Below are positions 28,865 to 32,000 of a DNA stretch of 32,000 nucleotides, piece by piece. Source of the stretch: Pseudomonas aeruginosa. Its GTDB lineage: Bacteria > Pseudomonadota > Gammaproteobacteria > Pseudomonadales > Pseudomonadaceae. The notes beneath the pieces are model-generated. The model was not told where the DNA came from. It worked only from the letters and a program-made list of their open reading frames with translations, and searched no databases. The position numbers and the translations under genes are program-made. Each line of letters begins with the position of its first letter. The first letter of the stretch is position 1. The stretch lies in assembly GCF_001457615.1 (NCBI RefSeq), contig NZ_LN831024.1, forward strand, positions 5,880,001 to 5,912,000, in the 5' to 3' direction.

Positions 28865-30163
28865 TCACAGGCTCTTCTCGAATACCTGCGAATTGCGCTG
28901 GAAGTTGTACAGCGAGGCCCGCGCCGCCGGTAGCCGTTCGACGCTGCTGGGCTGGAAGCCGCGCTCGCGGAACCAGTGCGCGGTCCGCGTGGTGAGCACG
29001 AACAGGGTCTTCAGGCCGAGTCCGCGCGCGCGCTCCTCGATCCGCTCCAGCAGTTCGTCGCCACGCCCGCCGTGGCGGTACTCCGGGTTGACCGCCAGAC
29101 AGGCCAGCTCGCCCGCCTCGGAATCGGCGATCGGATAGAGCGCGGCGCAGGCGATGATCAGCCCTTCGCGCTCGACGATGCTGAACTGTTCGATCTCGCG
29201 TTCCAGCACCTCGCGGGAACGGCGTACCAGGATGCCCTGCTCTTCCAGTGGGCGGATCAGCTCGATCAGCCCGCCAACGTCCTCGATGCCCGCCTCGCGC
29301 AACTGCTCGAACTGCTCCTGGGCGACCAGGGTGCCGTTGCCGGTGCGGGTGAACAGCTCGCTGAGCAGCGCGCCGTCCTCGGTGTAGCTGACGATATGGC
29401 TGCGCTTGACCCCGGCCCGGCAGGCCTGCGCCGCGGCGTCCAGCAGCTCGGCCTGGTAGCTGTTGCCCAGCCGTTGCAGGTGCGCGGGCACCTGCTGCGG
29501 GCGCAGTTCGCGGACCAGCTTGCCGGATGCGTCCAGCAGGCCCTGTTCGGCGCCGTAGAGAATCAGCTTTTCCGCTTCCAGGTCGATGGCGGCGCGCATG
29601 GCCACGTCTTCGCAGGCCAGGTTGAAGATTTCCCCGGTCGGCGAGTAGCCCAGCGGCGAGAGCAAGACGATGCTGCGCTCGTCGAGAAGGCGGCCAATGC
29701 CCTTGCGGTCGATGCGACGGACCTCGCCGGTATGGTGGTAGTCGACACCCTCGACCACGCCGATCGGCCGCGCGGTGACCAGGTTGCCGCCAGCGACCCG
29801 CAGGCGCGCGCCCTGCATCGGCGAGGCGGCCATGTCCATCGACAGCCGCGCCTCGATGGCGATGCGCAGACTACCCACGGCGTCGATGACGCATTCCAGA
29901 GTCGGCGCATCGGTCACTCGCAGGTCGCGGTGATAGCGCGGAGCCAGGCCGCGCGCGGCCAGGCGCGCCTCGATCTGCGGACGCGAACCGTGCACCAGCA
30001 CCAGGCGCGCGCCGAGGCTGTGGAGAAGGACCAGGTCGTGGACGATATTGCCGAAATTGGGATGCTCCACCCCTTCGCCGGGGAGCATGACCACGAAGGT
30101 GCGGTCCCGGTGCGAGTTGATGTAGGGCGAAGCGTGACGTAACCAGTTGACGTAGTCGGGCAT
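28865..30163 (-). CDS. argA: N-acetylglutamate synthase (kinase-like domain + GNAT)
   Basis: MPDYVNWLRHASPYINSHRDRTFVVMLPGEGVEHPNFGNIVHDLVLLHSLGARLVLVHGSRPQIE...; C-terminal GNAT LAVNPEYRHGGRGDELLERIEERA; 432 aa. Confidence 0.97.
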   Translation of the reverse strand: MPDYVNWLRHASPYINSHRDRTFVVMLPGEGVEHPNFGNIVHDLVLLHSLGARLVLVHGSRPQIEARLAARGLAPRYHRDLRVTDAPTLECVIDAVGSLRIAIEARLSMDMAASPMQGARLRVAGGNLVTARPIGVVEGVDYHHTGEVRRIDRKGIGRLLDERSIVLLSPLGYSPTGEIFNLACEDVAMRAAIDLEAEKLILYGAEQGLLDASGKLVRELRPQQVPAHLQRLGNSYQAELLDAAAQACRAGVKRSHIVSYTEDGALLSELFTRTGNGTLVAQEQFEQLREAGIEDVGGLIELIRPLEEQGILVRRSREVLEREIEQFSIVEREGLIIACAALYPIADSEAGELACLAVNPEYRHGGRGDELLERIEERARGLGLKTLFVLTTRTAHWFRERGFQPSSVERLPAARASLYNFQRNSQVFEKSL

Positions 30164-30499
30164 GGTGGGGAAAGCCTGTCGTTTCGTGAGCGAGAGCAAA
30201 GCGTGAGCGGCCGGGACGGCCCGAAGGGCGCCGTTATCGTCGTCGCAGCAACATCGACAGGCTTCTCCTCACTTTCTGGTTAACGAGACGGATGGATCAC
30301 GCGCGAGTTTAAACCCTCGGCGGCCCCCCGGCCGCGGGATTCGACCATGGTACGGGGCGTGGGGCCGGAACGAACCGTTTTACCACTATTTCTGAAAAAA
30401 ACTATCCGAAAACCCCGGTTAACTCGCGCAGCGCTTTTTCGCTAGGCTGCCTCGTTCGCCGTGCCGTCCGGCGCGCACCCACGCGAACGAGGAAAATCC

Positions 30500-31201
30500 A
30501 TGAGCGAATACTTCCATCACGTCCTGGTCGGCCTGCTCGCCGTGCTCCCGGTAGCCAACCCGCTGACCAGCGTCTCGCTGCTGCTCGGCCTCGGCGGCAG
30601 CCTGCCGCCGGCGGAGCGCAACCGGCAGATATTCAAGGCCAGCCTCTACGTGGCGCTGATCATGCTGGTCAGCTTCTACGGCGGCAGCCTGGTGATGCAG
30701 GTGTTCGGCATCTCCATTCCCGGCCTGCGCATCGCCGGCGGGCTGATCGTCGCCTATATCGGCTTCACCATGCTGTTCCCCGCCACCACGCCGGACGAGA
30801 CCGAAGTCCAGCACGACCTGCTGTCGGACGAGGAAAAGATCACCCCGCACTTCCGCGACCTGTCCTTCGTTCCGCTGGCCCTGCCGGGTACCGCGGGGCC
30901 GGGGACCATCGCCCTGGTGGTCAGCTCGGCGTCGACGCTGCAATCCACCTACGGAAGCATTCCGCTGTTCATCCACCTCGCGGCGATCACCGTCACCCTG
31001 CTCACCGCGCTGATCTTCTGGATCGCCCTGCAAAGCTCCGGGCGCATCATGAAGTTCCTCGGCGAATCCGGGATCGACGCCATCTCGCGAGTGGTCGGCT
31101 TCCTGCTGGTGGCGATGGGCGTGCAGTTCGTCATCAACGGCGGCTTCGAGCTGGTCGCCGGCCACGCCGCGCTTCAGTCGGCGGCGGGCGTCAGGCAGTA
31201 A
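30500..31201 (+). CDS. MarC-family (NAAT-like) integral membrane protein
   Basis: MSEYFHHVLVGLLAVLPVANPLTSVSLLLGLGGSLPPAERNRQIFKASLYVALIMLVSFYGG...LPLALPGTAGPGTIALVVS. Confidence 0.9.
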   Translation: MSEYFHHVLVGLLAVLPVANPLTSVSLLLGLGGSLPPAERNRQIFKASLYVALIMLVSFYGGSLVMQVFGISIPGLRIAGGLIVAYIGFTMLFPATTPDETEVQHDLLSDEEKITPHFRDLSFVPLALPGTAGPGTIALVVSSASTLQSTYGSIPLFIHLAAITVTLLTALIFWIALQSSGRIMKFLGESGIDAISRVVGFLLVAMGVQFVINGGFELVAGHAALQSAAGVRQ

Positions 31202-32000
31202 TGCTGGATCAGCCGGCGCAGCACGCCGACCATCGGTTCGATACGCGCCAGTTCGAGGTGCTCGTCGGGCTGGTGGGCACAGGCGATGTCGCCGGCGCCG
31301 AGGACCAGGGTCTCGCTGCCCAGGCGCTGGAAGTACGGCGCCTCGGTACCGAACGCCACGGCCTCGGCGCGATGCCCGGTCAGGCGTTCGGCGACGCGTA
31401 CCAGTTCGCTGTCCTGCGCCTGTTCGAACGGCGGCACGGCAGGGAACAGCGGCTGGTAGTCGATGCTCACCTTGTGCCGTTCGGCCAGCGGCCGCAGGCG
31501 CTGGCGGATCGCCTCGCGCAACTGCTCGGGCTGCATGCCGGGTAGCGGGCGCAGGTCGAATTCCAGCGAACACTGGCCGCAGATGCGGTTGGGATTGTCG
31601 CCGCCGTGGATGCAACCGAAGTTCAGGGTCGGCTGGGGCACGCTGAACTGCGGGTTGTTCCAGGCCTGCTGCCATTCCCCGCGCAGAGCCATCAGCTCGC
31701 CGATGGTCGCGTGCATCGCCTCCAGGGCGCTGCGCCCGAGGTTCGGATCGGACGAATGGCCGCTCTGCCCGAGAATCTCGATGCGCTCCATCATCACCCC
31801 CTTGTGCAGGCGGATCGGCCGCAGATTGGTCGGCTCGCCGATCACCGTGGCGCGCCCCAGCGGCCGCCCGCTTTCGGCGAGGGCACGGGCGCCGGCCATC
31901 GAGCTTTCCTCGTCGCAGGTGGCGAGGATCATCAGCGGCTGGCGGAACGGCTGGTCGAGCAGCGGCAGCAAGGCCTCGATGGCCAGCGGGAAGAAGCCCT
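31174..32000 (-). CDS. argE: Acetylornithine deacetylase, C-terminal part; gene runs off the right edge
   Basis: Minus frame ...LLPLLDQPFRQPLMILATCDEESSMAGARALAESG...VIGEPTNLRPIRLHKGVMMERIEILGQSGHSSDPNLGRSALEAMH...HQPDEHLELARIEPMVGVLRRLIQHYC. Confidence 0.95.
   Translation of the reverse strand, partial: GFFPLAIEALLPLLDQPFRQPLMILATCDEESSMAGARALAESGRPLGRATVIGEPTNLRPIRLHKGVMMERIEILGQSGHSSDPNLGRSALEAMHATIGELMALRGEWQQAWNNPQFSVPQPTLNFGCIHGGDNPNRICGQCSLEFDLRPLPGMQPEQLREAIRQRLRPLAERHKVSIDYQPLFPAVPPFEQAQDSELVRVAERLTGHRAEAVAFGTEAPYFQRLGSETLVLGAGDIACAHQPDEHLELARIEPMVGVLRRLIQHYCLTPAAD

Noticed and set aside
1-32000. Possible defence, phage, mobile or biosynthetic island
   Set aside because: No integrase, transposase, restriction, toxin-antitoxin, CRISPR or NRPS/PKS genes seen, and no tRNA-flanked insertion; nearly all genes are known core families.

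Overview
The window is ordinary core chromosome with GC-rich Pseudomonas codon usage. From remembered protein sequences and gene order I recognise it as the P. aeruginosa PA5176-PA5206 neighbourhood; this was not checked by a search. Left to right it holds: the 5' part of nudE (-); a YrfG-like HAD nucleotidase; a BON/LysM protein (-); a LysR regulator; fdhD plus a YdeP-type molybdopterin oxidoreductase; two tandem glycine-zipper proteins; a small CsrA/RsmA-family protein matching RsmN/RsmF (-); a small secreted protein; a (-) catabolic cluster (thioesterase, Fe-ADH, acyl-CoA dehydrogenase, 3-hydroxyacyl-CoA dehydrogenase) with a divergent LysR; a nitroreductase; a small fimbrial-like exported protein; pckA; hslO; an LpxT-like PAP2 protein; hslR; rimB-like and rimK; ldcA; an envZ/ompR-type pair (amgS/amgR); tex; a PaaI-like thioesterase; gshA; argA; a MarC-family protein; and partial argE (-). 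I saw no CRISPR array, tRNA/rRNA, transposon, phage or defence island. The most notable items are the atypical CsrA paralog with an RsmA-type motif over its own ribosome-binding site, the doubly repeated glycine-zipper pair, a TTCCT/AGGAA repeat cluster upstream of the fimbrial-like gene, an LpxT-like gene splitting hslR from hslO, and an interrupted version of the ancestral nudE-yrfG-hslR-hslO-pckA-envZ-ompR-tex order.
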